Part shown: positions 1-9,671 of the stretch, piece by piece
Position numbering within the stretch: the first letter of the stretch is position 1
Layout: every line of letters starts with the position of its first letter
Assembly: GCA_030648615.1 (NCBI GenBank)
Contig: JAUSHJ010000042.1
Location: forward strand, 1-61,590
Direction: 5' to 3'
Origin: Candidatus Micrarchaeota archaeon
Lineage (GTDB): Archaea > Micrarchaeota > Micrarchaeia > Anstonellales > Bilamarchaeaceae
DNA: 61,590 bases
Translations under genes and position numbers: made by a program
Notes under the pieces: generated by a model
Databases searched by the model: none
Told to the model about the DNA's origin: nothing
Seen by the model: the letters and a program-made list of their open reading frames with translations, nothing else

Positions 1-4
1 GAGG

Positions 5-559
5 ATGATGACTCACGCAGCACTTAACGAAGCCATTCGTCGTGATTGGAAAAATGTCAAAGAATTCTTACCTGCTAGAACTGCAACTTCTATAAGATAC
101 GAGAAAGGTGCAACCAAGGTAGTGGCATGGAACGAAGACGGAAGTGAAACAAAGATAGATATGCCTCTTAACAATGGTTGGTATGTGCCGGATGGAAACC
201 CATTTAGTATCCCAAATGGCAGGCCAAGTAGCAAAGAAGATTCAAATGCTCTTTACTTATATCGTTATCAAGACAGAAGTTTTAACGGCCCTGTTGGCCT
301 GGCCGACGACCCCGTCGGCGACAGCGGGCGTTTCGTCGGTGCCACCGACAATTGGTCTGATGTTGCTGGGGTGGCGTTGGTTGGTGGTTCAAAAGAACAA
401 GACCTCTCAGTAAACCTTTTAGTAAAAGGAGTTACTCTTGAGGCGTTTAGAGCCTTGGTCGGGGATGCTAATGCAAACTTGGCAGAACTTGCACAGACAT
501 TAAGTCCTGAAAAGCTCGAAGCTTTGACAAGGTTGGCCCAAGCGTTGAAACTTGAGTAG
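5..559 (+). CDS. hypothetical protein, possibly 5'-partial at the window edge
   Basis: Open frame from the window start. Contains a local GC-rich patch at 288-355 encoding a Gly/Asp-rich peptide. Its C-terminal ...KLE tail resembles that of the next ORF. Confidence 0.4.
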   Translation: MMTHAALNEAIRRDWKNVKEFLPARTATSIRYEKGATKVVAWNEDGSETKIDMPLNNGWYVPDGNPFSIPNGRPSSKEDSNALYLYRYQDRSFNGPVGLADDPVGDSGRFVGATDNWSDVAGVALVGGSKEQDLSVNLLVKGVTLEAFRALVGDANANLAELAQTLSPEKLEALTRLAQALKLE

Positions 560-641
560 AATAAATTTCAAAACGTTAGAAATAAGTTAGGACTAAAACT
601 AGCCTAAGACTCAATCATATTTACTAAGATGAGGTACATTT

Positions 642-1430
642 ATGAGTTTCGTAGCAGTTCAAAGTCCAGGGAATGTTCAAAGAATCAGAGGTCCTAATTT
701 AGCAGTATTCAGAACACGATTAAACGGTGCTCCTTTTGATAAAGTTTTGCCAGAAGTAGATGCACAACATTTAGTCCTAGCATCTACCGCAAGATTAAGC
801 AGAGCATTAGTAGGCAGTGAAGAATGGAGGGGCATAAGAGGTGTATTCAGATGCTGGTCTGGTACAATGACTGCTTATATAGAACCAGGACAAAGGCTAG
901 GTAAACAAGTCGTATATGTAGACCCTCAAACAAAAATTAGATGGGTTTTTCCTGTTCCTAAAGCACATCAATATAAAAGAAATGCAATTCTAGTTGCAGA
1001 ACATCCTGATTATATTTTAGAAGTAGATAAAAATAATCGAGTAGTTCATGCCAGTGCAGTTGATTTAGTTTCAGCGTTTCCAACAATGAGCGATTGGTAT
1101 TTAACAGATCCTAAACATTGCATTCCAACAGGAAAAATAGCAACATATTCTGAACAAGCCAGATATTTATGGAGAACATCTAGAAGAGTTGGTCCTGTTG
1201 TTATGGGCTTCAACGATGGTAGTAGGCAGGGTATAGATCTTGATGGTGCTCCTTCGGTCGGTTGCGGGGCGGCAGTGGAGAGTTCCGAGTTTCCAGTTTC
1301 GCGTCTTGTTGTTCCAACTGAAGTAAAACTTACAAGAGAAGGAGATAGAAAGTTAATTGTTGAAGGAACTAAAACGCAATTGGATGAATTAATTCGTTTG
1401 GTAGAAGCGGGAATAATAAAACTCGAATAA
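642..1430 (+). CDS. hypothetical protein, possible paralogue of the upstream ORF
   Basis: 262-aa ORF. GC-rich patch at 1245-1300 encodes 'GAPSVGCGAAVESSEF'. The C-terminus 'LVEAGIIKLE' resembles the ORF1 tail 'LAQALKLE'. Confidence 0.45.
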   Translation: MSFVAVQSPGNVQRIRGPNLAVFRTRLNGAPFDKVLPEVDAQHLVLASTARLSRALVGSEEWRGIRGVFRCWSGTMTAYIEPGQRLGKQVVYVDPQTKIRWVFPVPKAHQYKRNAILVAEHPDYILEVDKNNRVVHASAVDLVSAFPTMSDWYLTDPKHCIPTGKIATYSEQARYLWRTSRRVGPVVMGFNDGSRQGIDLDGAPSVGCGAAVESSEFPVSRLVVPTEVKLTREGDRKLIVEGTKTQLDELIRLVEAGIIKLE

Positions 1431-1452
1431 TCCTTTTTTAATCTTTATTTTT

Positions 1453-1785
1453 CTATCTGTTTTCTAACATTTCTATTAGTTCAGAAGTAGTATAAACTCT
1501 TATTTTATTTTGCTCTTTAAAATGAGGGTCGTTGCTCCAGATATCTATTCTCTTAGCAGTTGCAAGTGCCAATAATGGAAGATCATCTTCATCTGAAATC
1601 TCGTTTTTAACTTTATCTATAAAACCAAAGTATTCTTCTTTTGGTATTATCTCTATTTCAGATCTCAGAAAAACTAGAGTTTTCGCTATAAATTCTTTAT
1701 CTAATCTATATTTGTTAGCTACTTGACCTACATATTCTTCAAGTTCCTCTATTTGATATTCAGTAGTGAATAGATGATTTGCCCA
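1453..1785 (-). pseudogene. 5'-truncated PIN-domain (VapC-like) remnant, paralogue of the 10669-11106 gene
   Basis: The minus-strand frame translates to 'HLFTTEYQIEELEE...IIPKEEYFGFIDKVKNEISDEDDLPLLALATAKRIDIWSNDPHFKEQNKIRVYTTSELIEMLENR'. This is collinear with residues ~29-145 of the intact PIN protein at 10669-11106. There is no start codon: the frame opens immediately after a TAA, and the first ~28 residues, including the N-terminal catalytic Asp, are absent. Confidence 0.6.
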
Positions 1786-1790
1786 TTAGG

Positions 1791-1925
1791 CCACCACAGC
1801 CTAAAGGCTGTGGTTTCATTAGGGCCGACGCGAATGTCGCAAAAGCGACATTGCGCCCATTGTCCAAAGGACAATTGGGAGGGCAAAGTTGTGTAAATTC
1901 GGCACTTCCCCCCAAGGTTAAAACC
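1791..1925. repeat. hairpin-cluster element (family B), copy at the gatD 5' junction
   Basis: Consecutive stem-loops: ccacagcc-taaa-ggctgtgg, aatgtcgc-aaaa-gcgacatt, and cccattgtcc-aaa-ggacaattggg (the CATTG/CAATTG asymmetric stem). Confidence 0.5.
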
Positions 1926-3008
1926 ATGAGTTTCCGTGCCGAATTGACACATGAAATTGCCATACTTGGTTGTGGTGGAACAATTGTAAGTAAAATAGAG
2001 TATAAAACAGGTGCAGTATTCCCTGCGATAGACCCTGAAGAAATAAAAACAGCATTTCCAAAAATAGAAACACTGGCAAAAATAACTACAAAACAAATTT
2101 TTTCTCTTCTTTCTGAAGACATGAACTCTTCCCATTGGTCCATTGCTGGAAAAGCAGTCATGGATAAAATAAGAGAGGGTGTAGAGGGCGTAGTTCTTAT
2201 GCACGGTACCGACACGATGCACTATAGTTCTGCAGCAATGAGCTTTATGATTCAGAATTTACCTATACCGGTTATTTTTGTAGGTTCGCAAAGAAGCAGT
2301 GACAGACCAAGCAGTGATAATGAAACTAATCTGTTAAATGCAGTTTATGCTGCAAAACAAAATTTTGCTGAAGTTGCAATATGTATGCATGCGAATACTA
2401 ACGACGATTATTGTAACCTAATTAGAGGAGTTAATGCAAGAAAATTGCATACATCTAAGAGAGATGCGTTTAAATCGGTAAATTCTCCTCCGCTTGCAAA
2501 AGTCAATTATATCAGCAATACTTTTGAATCTTTAACAGATATGAAAAAACGTGAAAAGAGAACACCTAAAACAGATTTCAAATTCAATGACAATGTCGCC
2601 ATGATATATGTCCATCCAAATATCCAGCCTAAATTCATCTCTAAACTATCTTCTTTTGACGGTATAGTGCTAATGGGTACTGGACTAGGACACGTACCCA
2701 CAAATCCGTTTGGAGATAGAAATGCCAGCCCAGTTATAAAAGAAGTGAAAGAACTTATAAATTCAGATATTCCAGTAGTTATGACACCCCAAACAATATT
2801 CGGAAGAGTCAACATGAATGTTTATACTGCCGGCAGATTGTTGAAAGAAGCAGGAGTGATCGGTGACGGATGTGATTGGACTCCTGAAACAGCTTTTGTA
2901 AAATTAAGCTGGATACTTGGACACACAAAGAAAATAGCCAAGGTAAAGGAAGAAATGCTTACTAACATGATTGGAGAAATCAGTGAGAGGAGTATAGTGG
3001 TTGATTAA
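1926..3008 (+). CDS. gatD: Glu-tRNA(Gln) amidotransferase subunit D (GatD), apparently lacking the usual N-terminal domain
   Basis: Asparaginase-type motifs 'ILGCGGTIVS', 'HGTDTM', 'GSQRSSDRPSSD'. Overlaps the gatE start. The frame is open upstream to a TTG at 1779, but that part is the hairpin element. The first ATG is at 1926, which gives 361 aa. Confidence 0.8.
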   Translation: MSFRAELTHEIAILGCGGTIVSKIEYKTGAVFPAIDPEEIKTAFPKIETLAKITTKQIFSLLSEDMNSSHWSIAGKAVMDKIREGVEGVVLMHGTDTMHYSSAAMSFMIQNLPIPVIFVGSQRSSDRPSSDNETNLLNAVYAAKQNFAEVAICMHANTNDDYCNLIRGVNARKLHTSKRDAFKSVNSPPLAKVNYISNTFESLTDMKKREKRTPKTDFKFNDNVAMIYVHPNIQPKFISKLSSFDGIVLMGTGLGHVPTNPFGDRNASPVIKEVKELINSDIPVVMTPQTIFGRVNMNVYTAGRLLKEAGVIGDGCDWTPETAFVKLSWILGHTKKIAKVKEEMLTNMIGEISERSIVVD

Positions 3009-4794
3009 CATGGTAAAAATAGGAATAGAAATTCATCAACGTATTGATACGAACAAGCTATTCTGCAACTGTTCGTCTACGATTTCAGATAGTGCTATTC
3101 CCAATAGTATAATATCCAGGAAGCTTCACCCCGTACTCAGCGAACTCGGGGAATTCGATAAAGCCGCTCTTGCAGAATATCAAAAAAATAGGATTTACGA
3201 ATACCAGTTATTCGATAAAAACACCTGCTTGGTAGAAACAGATGAAGAACCCCCTCATTCAATGAACAGTGATGCACTCATGATTGCACTCCAGATATCT
3301 ATGCATCTGAACTGCAAACTAGTAGATGAAGTCCACATCATGAGAAAAATGGTCATAGACGGCAGCAATACGTCTGGTTTTCAGAGAACATCTGTAATTG
3401 CCATGGGCGGATATATCGAAACGTCTAAAGGCAAGGTAAGTATAACTCAAATTGCAATAGAAGAAGAAAGCTCAGGTATAGTAGAAAACAAAGAATCAAA
3501 AGTCATTTATCGACTCGATAGATTGGGCATTCCGCTTATAGAAATAACTACTGACCCAGACATAAAAGATGCTCAGCATTTAGTAGAAGTTGCAGAGAAA
3601 ATTGGTTTACTATTAAGAGCTACTGGAAAAGTCGCAAGAGGTTTAGGCACAATAAGACAGGACGTCAACATATCTACAGAAGATGGCGCAAGGGTTGAGA
3701 TAAAGGGAGCCCAAGACTTAAAACTTTTACCAACACTCATGGAAACTGAAGTCAAACGTCAAAAAGAACTAATAAAGATATCCGGTGAGTTGAAAACAAA
3801 ATTTAATGGCAAAATTACAATACAACGAATATTTGTCAATATCACAAATGTTTTTGTCAATACCCAGGCACCAATGGTAAAAAATGGAATAGCTAATGGT
3901 GAAGTAGTTTATGGACTTCGATTGCAGCATTTGAAAGGAATTCTAGGCAGAGAACTTCAACCAAACAAAAGATACGGAACGGAACTAAGTGATTATGCAA
4001 AGACAGCTGGAGTAAAAGGAATAATACATAGCGATGAAACGCTAGAAAAGTATGGATTCGCAGAACAAGAAACGAGCTCGCTTAGGAAAACTCTGAATAT
4101 TGGAGATAATGATGCATTCGTCCTGGTTATTGCGAAAGAAGACGTAGCTAAAAGAGCACTGGAAAACGTTGCAAAAAGATGCGAAATGGATTTCGTTCCT
4201 GAAGAAACCCGGAAAGCAAATCCGGATGGAACTACTAATTATATGAGACCGCTTGCCGGAAAAGCAAGGATGTATCCTGAAACGGATGTCCCCCCTATAG
4301 CAATTGATGCTAAATTACTAAAAGAAGTTAAAGAAAATAAAAGTGAATCGTTAGATGAGAAAAAAGAGAAGCTTGCAAAAATCCTAAACAAAGAAATGGC
4401 AGAATCAATGCTAAGATCGAAGAATTTACAATTATTTGAGAAACTACTTTCATTAGATGTTGATCCTGTACTTATTGCTAATACGCTTGAGAATACAGTG
4501 GTTTCTCTCAGACGGGAAGGCATAGTTATTTCAGATCTTGAAATGGTAATGATTGATTTGTTTACTAATTACAAAAAAGGATTATTTGTAAAAGCTGCAA
4601 TTATAGAAATATTGAAGCACGTAAGCAAAGGAATGCCGGTAGGTGAAGCAGTAGAGAAGAACAATCTCGGAAAACTTTCCGGTGCTGAACTACAGAAAAT
4701 TGCACAGGAAAATAATTTTGATATCGCCAAGATAATGCAGAAATACAGATTGAGAATTGAACCTAGTGATGTGGCAAAGCTGAAGAAAAACTAG
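3001..4794 (+). CDS. gatE: Glu-tRNA(Gln) amidotransferase subunit E (GatE)
   Basis: N-terminus 'MVKIGIEIHQRI' of the GatB/E family, 597 aa. 8-nt overlap with gatD, the classic gatDE operon arrangement. Confidence 0.88.
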   Translation: MINMVKIGIEIHQRIDTNKLFCNCSSTISDSAIPNSIISRKLHPVLSELGEFDKAALAEYQKNRIYEYQLFDKNTCLVETDEEPPHSMNSDALMIALQISMHLNCKLVDEVHIMRKMVIDGSNTSGFQRTSVIAMGGYIETSKGKVSITQIAIEEESSGIVENKESKVIYRLDRLGIPLIEITTDPDIKDAQHLVEVAEKIGLLLRATGKVARGLGTIRQDVNISTEDGARVEIKGAQDLKLLPTLMETEVKRQKELIKISGELKTKFNGKITIQRIFVNITNVFVNTQAPMVKNGIANGEVVYGLRLQHLKGILGRELQPNKRYGTELSDYAKTAGVKGIIHSDETLEKYGFAEQETSSLRKTLNIGDNDAFVLVIAKEDVAKRALENVAKRCEMDFVPEETRKANPDGTTNYMRPLAGKARMYPETDVPPIAIDAKLLKEVKENKSESLDEKKEKLAKILNKEMAESMLRSKNLQLFEKLLSLDVDPVLIANTLENTVVSLRREGIVISDLEMVMIDLFTNYKKGLFVKAAIIEILKHVSKGMPVGEAVEKNNLGKLSGAELQKIAQENNFDIAKIMQKYRLRIEPSDVAKLKKN

Positions 4795-6089
4795 AGAGTA
4801 ATCTGCTTTCCTTTCCCAGAATCTTTTTTAGTCACTTTTTTAACAGTCTCTTCATTTATTATTTTAGTTTCTTCCTTCACTTCTTTAGATTCTTCCTTAG
4901 GTTTTCCGATCTTTAAATTCTCAACGCTCGTCCCCATTATAAATGCCATTTCGTCTTCTGTAAATTTATAGTGAAGCATTACGCGTTCAGTATCTTTAAC
5001 TCCGAATTCTTTTATTATAGGAATAAATATCCTTGCATCTCTTGAATTAGTATGTGTTACTTCTCCTATTTTTTTACCTATAGATTTGAGGATTGCCCTA
5101 GTAGACACAGTGCTAGCCATTTGGCGAAGGTAATTTGGAAATGAATATTTGGTAAATTTCCTGTAAACGCTTTTTTTTGATAATGCTACACCTGCACTTA
5201 CAAAATCCAGAGAGTATTTCAAATAACCCCAATGAGAATTTCTAATGCGACCTTCTAACTGATCTGCACGAGAAAGATAGTAGTATGCCATCGCCCTATC
5301 ATCTAAATTTTCATATTCTAATGGAATATTTTCGTCTACCCAAAGCTTTAGAATACTATAATCGACATCTCCAGAAACTGCCTTTTTAGCATCCTCATAT
5401 TTATCTGATTTGAATATGGATCTTATCCTTTCAAAAATATCTTTATCCCTATCACGCTGAGATGTAGACATACCTTGTAAATCATTAATAGAAGAACAGA
5501 CATCTCCGTTGCAGTTTTCTGCAATTGCATCAATCCTAGCATCATCAACTACGAGTTTTTCTTTCTCAGCAATTTTTTTAAGCAATAATTTTATAGAAGA
5601 CTTATTAACTTTTTTAAATTCTAAAAGCTCTGATTCTACTCTTATTGGAGCAATTTTCTTATCCCACGCATTAGTAGCTGTAAGTATTATTGGTTGATTC
5701 GAATCTCTTAATAATTTTGCTATTGCTGGAATTCCCCCTGAATCACTCCTCTGAAATGCATCTATGTCGTCTATGAGAAATATTTTCTTTCTTCCACTTA
5801 AAGAACCTGCCAATGTAGCAGCAGTCAATATTTTTTCAACTCTATCTTTATTTCTAAGTTCATTTGCTCCCATTTCAATTAGTTCTAAATCAAATTCTTC
5901 TTTTAAAGCATGAGCAGTGGAACTCTTTCCTGTACCTACTGCACCATAGAGCAATAGAGACTTTTTCCTTACACCGTTCATCCAGTTTAATGCCCACTGA
6001 CGTATTCGTGTAAGCTGTTCATCATTGCCAATTATTTCACTAAGTTTTTTAGGTGAATATTTTTGTGTAAATAACGTTCTATTTTCCAT
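4791..6089 (-). CDS. rfcL: replication factor C large subunit
   Basis: 'KYSPKKLSEIIGN', Walker A 'GAVGTGKSS', 'FLIDDID'. AAA+ clamp-loader architecture, 432 aa. Confidence 0.8.
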   Translation of the reverse strand: MENRTLFTQKYSPKKLSEIIGNDEQLTRIRQWALNWMNGVRKKSLLLYGAVGTGKSSTAHALKEEFDLELIEMGANELRNKDRVEKILTAATLAGSLSGRKKIFLIDDIDAFQRSDSGGIPAIAKLLRDSNQPIILTATNAWDKKIAPIRVESELLEFKKVNKSSIKLLLKKIAEKEKLVVDDARIDAIAENCNGDVCSSINDLQGMSTSQRDRDKDIFERIRSIFKSDKYEDAKKAVSGDVDYSILKLWVDENIPLEYENLDDRAMAYYYLSRADQLEGRIRNSHWGYLKYSLDFVSAGVALSKKSVYRKFTKYSFPNYLRQMASTVSTRAILKSIGKKIGEVTHTNSRDARIFIPIIKEFGVKDTERVMLHYKFTEDEMAFIMGTSVENLKIGKPKEESKEVKEETKIINEETVKKVTKKDSGKGKQITL

Positions 6090-7932
6090 TCCAAAACCTC
6101 TCTACATACTGTTCTGGTTGATCAGTAACTATAAATCTTCTGCCATCCATGGCAGCACTGTAATTTTTCCATTTAAATCTTTCATCCATAAATATCAGTG
6201 CAGCACGATCACTTTCTTTTCTTATACATCTTCCAGCAGCCTGCAATGCTTTTGTAACACCAGGGTAGGTATAACCATATTCCCAGCCTTTGCCAAACTT
6301 CTCCTGATAATAATCAATGAGGGATTCTATTTCTAAATTCATCTCTTCCAGTGCTATGCCAATTATTATTGCAGTTTTTATCTCGCTATTAGCATAATCA
6401 ATGCCTTCTGAAAGACTACCTCCTTGAACTGCACAGAGTATGCTACTACCCCTTGAGAATTCTGCAATAAGGTCTGTTATTTCCTTCGGATCCATCTTTT
6501 CATCTTGCATGAGGAGACGCTTTGCCTTAATCAGTGGAGTAATGGAATTCATAACTACGTATGAAGGAAAGAAAAGTGCTACACCTGGAGGAGATAATGA
6601 AATCAGGTTGTCTATCTTCTCTGCAATCGTACGGTATTGTTCGAAATTACGTTTAGAATATTTTGTTGTCATACCATCTACGATTATATTTATAGTATTA
6701 GATTGTTCGAATGGAGAGGGATATTTTTTCATCACTGTTCTTTCCTTATCCAAACCAATGATATCTCTGTGCATTTCCAATGGCATCAATGTACCACTCA
6801 TTAGGATTGCAGAATGCATTTGATTGAGTGCATTGGTTGCAGGAGAAGAATCCAGAAATCGTTTTGATAATGAACTGTAAGTATCTTTTCTTTTCAGAAG
6901 TCTGATTGAGCCAGGTTCGTCTTCTCCCCATCTTTTAATGAAAGTAGCGATCTTCAAACATGCACTTTTTTTATTTGTACGCTCTATGAAATTAGCTCCT
7001 AAAACTTCTAGATAGGTTGCTAGGTCTTCTCGAGTCATATCAAATTTTGAAATTGCCTCATCAAATTCCCCTTTTAGAATTAGTAATTCTTCATTATCCC
7101 CTAGTTTTCTCCTTGCCCATGTCTCAAATACCTTACTAAGCCTGAGTGGTTCGACTCCGAGCACCTTCATTTCTTTTTCTGCACGAGAAAGCATGAATGA
7201 ATTTACAGTGGTAGAAAGCTGGTCACGAATACGTTTTGAAAGATTGTGCGCTTCGTCTATTATGACAATTGATTTATCCATAGATTTCTTGGTTTTTGCC
7301 AGGAATATATCACGAATGCCTGGAATCATAAGATGAAAATAGTCTGCAATAATAACATTTGACACTCCTGCCAATTTGATAAGCCACTCATAGGGGCATG
7401 CTAAATCTTGCTCTCCCTGCTTCAAAATTTCTCCATGAGTTTTAATTGCCCCATACGTTTCTAGCAATTTGGTGAATCTAGTGTTAGCCTTGGCTTCCCC
7501 TAATTTTTCATAGCCTTTTGAATTTCCATAAAAAGTACATTCTTCGTTTCTTCTTTTTTTTTCACAACTCTGATAGAAGCTTTCATGATCAAGTTCCCCA
7601 AGACTTTGGTCGATACACATGTATCTTCTGCCTACCAGATCCACGCCACGAATCTTGACATCGTATTTCTTTGCTATACCTCTGACAACATCCACGGCAA
7701 TTTTATGCTGGGATATTTTTGGGGTGAGGAAAAAGACTGTAAGGTCGTTTTCTAAGGCGTAAGTCAGGGATGCGCCTAAAACGCTATCTGTTTTTCCAAT
7801 TCCCGTTGGAGCGTGAGCTATCAGGTGCTTTTTATTGCTTACTACATCATAAACATCTGCTATAAGGTCTTTCTGATGCTCACGTAGTTTGTCGTGGCGA
7901 AAATATAGTTTAGAGAATTTGTCACTGTCCAT
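6079..7932 (-). CDS. xpd: XPD/Rad3-family 5'-3' DNA helicase (FeS)
   Basis: 'APTGIGKT', DEAH box 'IIDEAHN'. Four-Cys FeS cluster insert (C..C..C..C around 'CIDQ...CEKKRRNEEC'). Confidence 0.82.
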   Translation of the reverse strand: MDSDKFSKLYFRHDKLREHQKDLIADVYDVVSNKKHLIAHAPTGIGKTDSVLGASLTYALENDLTVFFLTPKISQHKIAVDVVRGIAKKYDVKIRGVDLVGRRYMCIDQSLGELDHESFYQSCEKKRRNEECTFYGNSKGYEKLGEAKANTRFTKLLETYGAIKTHGEILKQGEQDLACPYEWLIKLAGVSNVIIADYFHLMIPGIRDIFLAKTKKSMDKSIVIIDEAHNLSKRIRDQLSTTVNSFMLSRAEKEMKVLGVEPLRLSKVFETWARRKLGDNEELLILKGEFDEAISKFDMTREDLATYLEVLGANFIERTNKKSACLKIATFIKRWGEDEPGSIRLLKRKDTYSSLSKRFLDSSPATNALNQMHSAILMSGTLMPLEMHRDIIGLDKERTVMKKYPSPFEQSNTINIIVDGMTTKYSKRNFEQYRTIAEKIDNLISLSPPGVALFFPSYVVMNSITPLIKAKRLLMQDEKMDPKEITDLIAEFSRGSSILCAVQGGSLSEGIDYANSEIKTAIIIGIALEEMNLEIESLIDYYQEKFGKGWEYGYTYPGVTKALQAAGRCIRKESDRAALIFMDERFKWKNYSAAMDGRRFIVTDQPEQYVERFWNGK

Positions 7933-7970
7933 TCTAATCTCCCATTCTAGAAAGATTTAGCGGAGAAGAA

Positions 7971-8810
7971 TTAAAACTCTGTGTGATTACGACGAAGTAC
8001 CCATTCTGGAACAGTCCGTTCAAAAATACCAAATAGGGAAAATCTTCCAGATTGTATCCCATAATGAACGTCTTCTAATTCGTCAGTTCGCATGTCAACC
8101 ACACCATACCCAAGTCTTTTTGCATTTAGCTCTGGATTGTTGGTTTCTCCTGCGAAATGCCAGAACGGCATAATAATGCCACCACCGTTGCTCAAATGTT
8201 CTCGTGCTTCCTGTAAGAAAAAATGAATTAGTTCTCCTTGGTCTAACATCGTTCTAGATACGGATTGATCTGCATCAAAATTGATTGCAAAAAACGGGTG
8301 ATTAAAAATTATGAAATCGAATTTTCCAGAAACATTTTCAAACAGGTCTCCCTGAATAACAGTAGTCGTACATGGTTTTTCAAAAAGATCAGGTTGAGCT
8401 GACATTGATTTGCCCAACTTGCCAAATGTAGAAGCAAAATTCGCTATATTCTCCCTCGTATTTTCCACTGCAGCAAAAGAAACGTCTGAGAAAACCACGT
8501 CTTGGGCTCCGCATACTGCCATGACGATTCCTTGTAATCCGCTACCACAACCCATGTCAACAACACGGTTTCCCTTGTAGATGTTACGCATCCGATTGAG
8601 AAATCTCGCAAGGAAAAGCGAAGAGGTCATAATATCTGCGCGGAAAACGCCTTCGTTTATTTTGAAGCCATCTAAAGCATAATCTACTAACGGAATAGTT
8701 ACAACATAATTTTTGTGAGTGTGCGCTTGCAACTGTTTTCTTACCTGTTTAATCTGTTTACGCCGGTTTAGCATCTTTTTCACCATCTTGTTGAACAACA
8801 TCGTCAACAT
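7971..8810 (-). CDS. SAM-dependent methyltransferase (small-domain MTS type, N-PP-F/Y family)
   Basis: SAM motif 'VVDMGCGSGLQG'. Motif IV 'FIIFNHPFF' (NPPY-like). Confidence 0.55.
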   Translation of the reverse strand: MLTMLFNKMVKKMLNRRKQIKQVRKQLQAHTHKNYVVTIPLVDYALDGFKINEGVFRADIMTSSLFLARFLNRMRNIYKGNRVVDMGCGSGLQGIVMAVCGAQDVVFSDVSFAAVENTRENIANFASTFGKLGKSMSAQPDLFEKPCTTTVIQGDLFENVSGKFDFIIFNHPFFAINFDADQSVSRTMLDQGELIHFFLQEAREHLSNGGGIIMPFWHFAGETNNPELNAKRLGYGVVDMRTDELEDVHYGIQSGRFSLFGIFERTVPEWVLRRNHTEF

Positions 8811-9576
8811 AGGCTACTCCTGCAGGATAAGTTGGAGATGCATCCGCAACTATATCTCGTGAGTCGTAAGTTCCAGAAATACGACGCAGTATAGGCCTAA
8901 CACTGGTACCATCATTTCGAAATAACCATCTTTTTTGATTGACAGACAGCCCACCCCAATAATTATCATATGCTTTTTCTTTATCTAAATTTACAAAATT
9001 TTCCCAGTTATCAGGCACTAAATCGTAAGGAACTCTGTTAGAATCAAACATTCCCCCTCTTCCGCTGTTTTGAATAAATGAAAAACACATACAAACAGAT
9101 GAAGGATGTATGATAACTTTGGCACTGCTGACTTCGACATTTGCTGGATCAATAACCAAAGCCATCCTAAAACGGTTTACAACATAATTGGGAACATAAC
9201 ATGCAGGCAAAATCCATTGTCGTCCTTTTTCATCAGGTTCGGCATCAACAATATCCTCCCCTTTCAAGAATGACCTGTTTTTTTCTGGATAAACGATAAC
9301 TTCTTTTGCCCATGCAGGATAATAAGTAGATAAACCAGTTATTGGACTTGATGCTGGCAAGGCTTCGAAGTAATCGCAACTATCACTTGTGCTCCTCAGA
9401 TCAGCCAAAAGATAAATCGGCTTGTTAACACACGTCCGACGAGACATAACCAGGATATCATCGTGCAAGACATTTGATGGTAGACCTCCCTTAGTTCTAA
9501 CTGCTTCCCTTGCACCTAGCCAATCCAAATGTTGGCCTGTTGGAATGATAACCTGCTTTTTTTGAACTTCTGACAT
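8758..9576 (-). CDS. hypothetical protein, overlapping and co-oriented with the methyltransferase
   Basis: 272-aa ORF with a 53-nt overlap with the downstream MTase gene. No family recognised with confidence. Confidence 0.4.
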   Translation of the reverse strand: MSEVQKKQVIIPTGQHLDWLGAREAVRTKGGLPSNVLHDDILVMSRRTCVNKPIYLLADLRSTSDSCDYFEALPASSPITGLSTYYPAWAKEVIVYPEKNRSFLKGEDIVDAEPDEKGRQWILPACYVPNYVVNRFRMALVIDPANVEVSSAKVIIHPSSVCMCFSFIQNSGRGGMFDSNRVPYDLVPDNWENFVNLDKEKAYDNYWGGLSVNQKRWLFRNDGTSVRPILRRISGTYDSRDIVADASPTYPAGVAYVDDVVQQDGEKDAKPA

Positions 9577-9671
9577 GTTTTTATTTGTGAACTATTATGT
9601 ATTTAATATTTATCATCCCCCTAGGGGGTCGTAGAAGAAAGGTTAATAAAAGAAGACTCTGAATAACATTT

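Noticed and set aside
1749-2222. Two minus-strand ORFs (157 and 151 aa) overlapping the gatD 5' region.
   Set aside because: They lie antisense to the well-supported gatD frame and the hairpin element. The only real minus-strand coding signal here is the downstream PIN remnant, which is in a different frame and ends with a TAA just before them.
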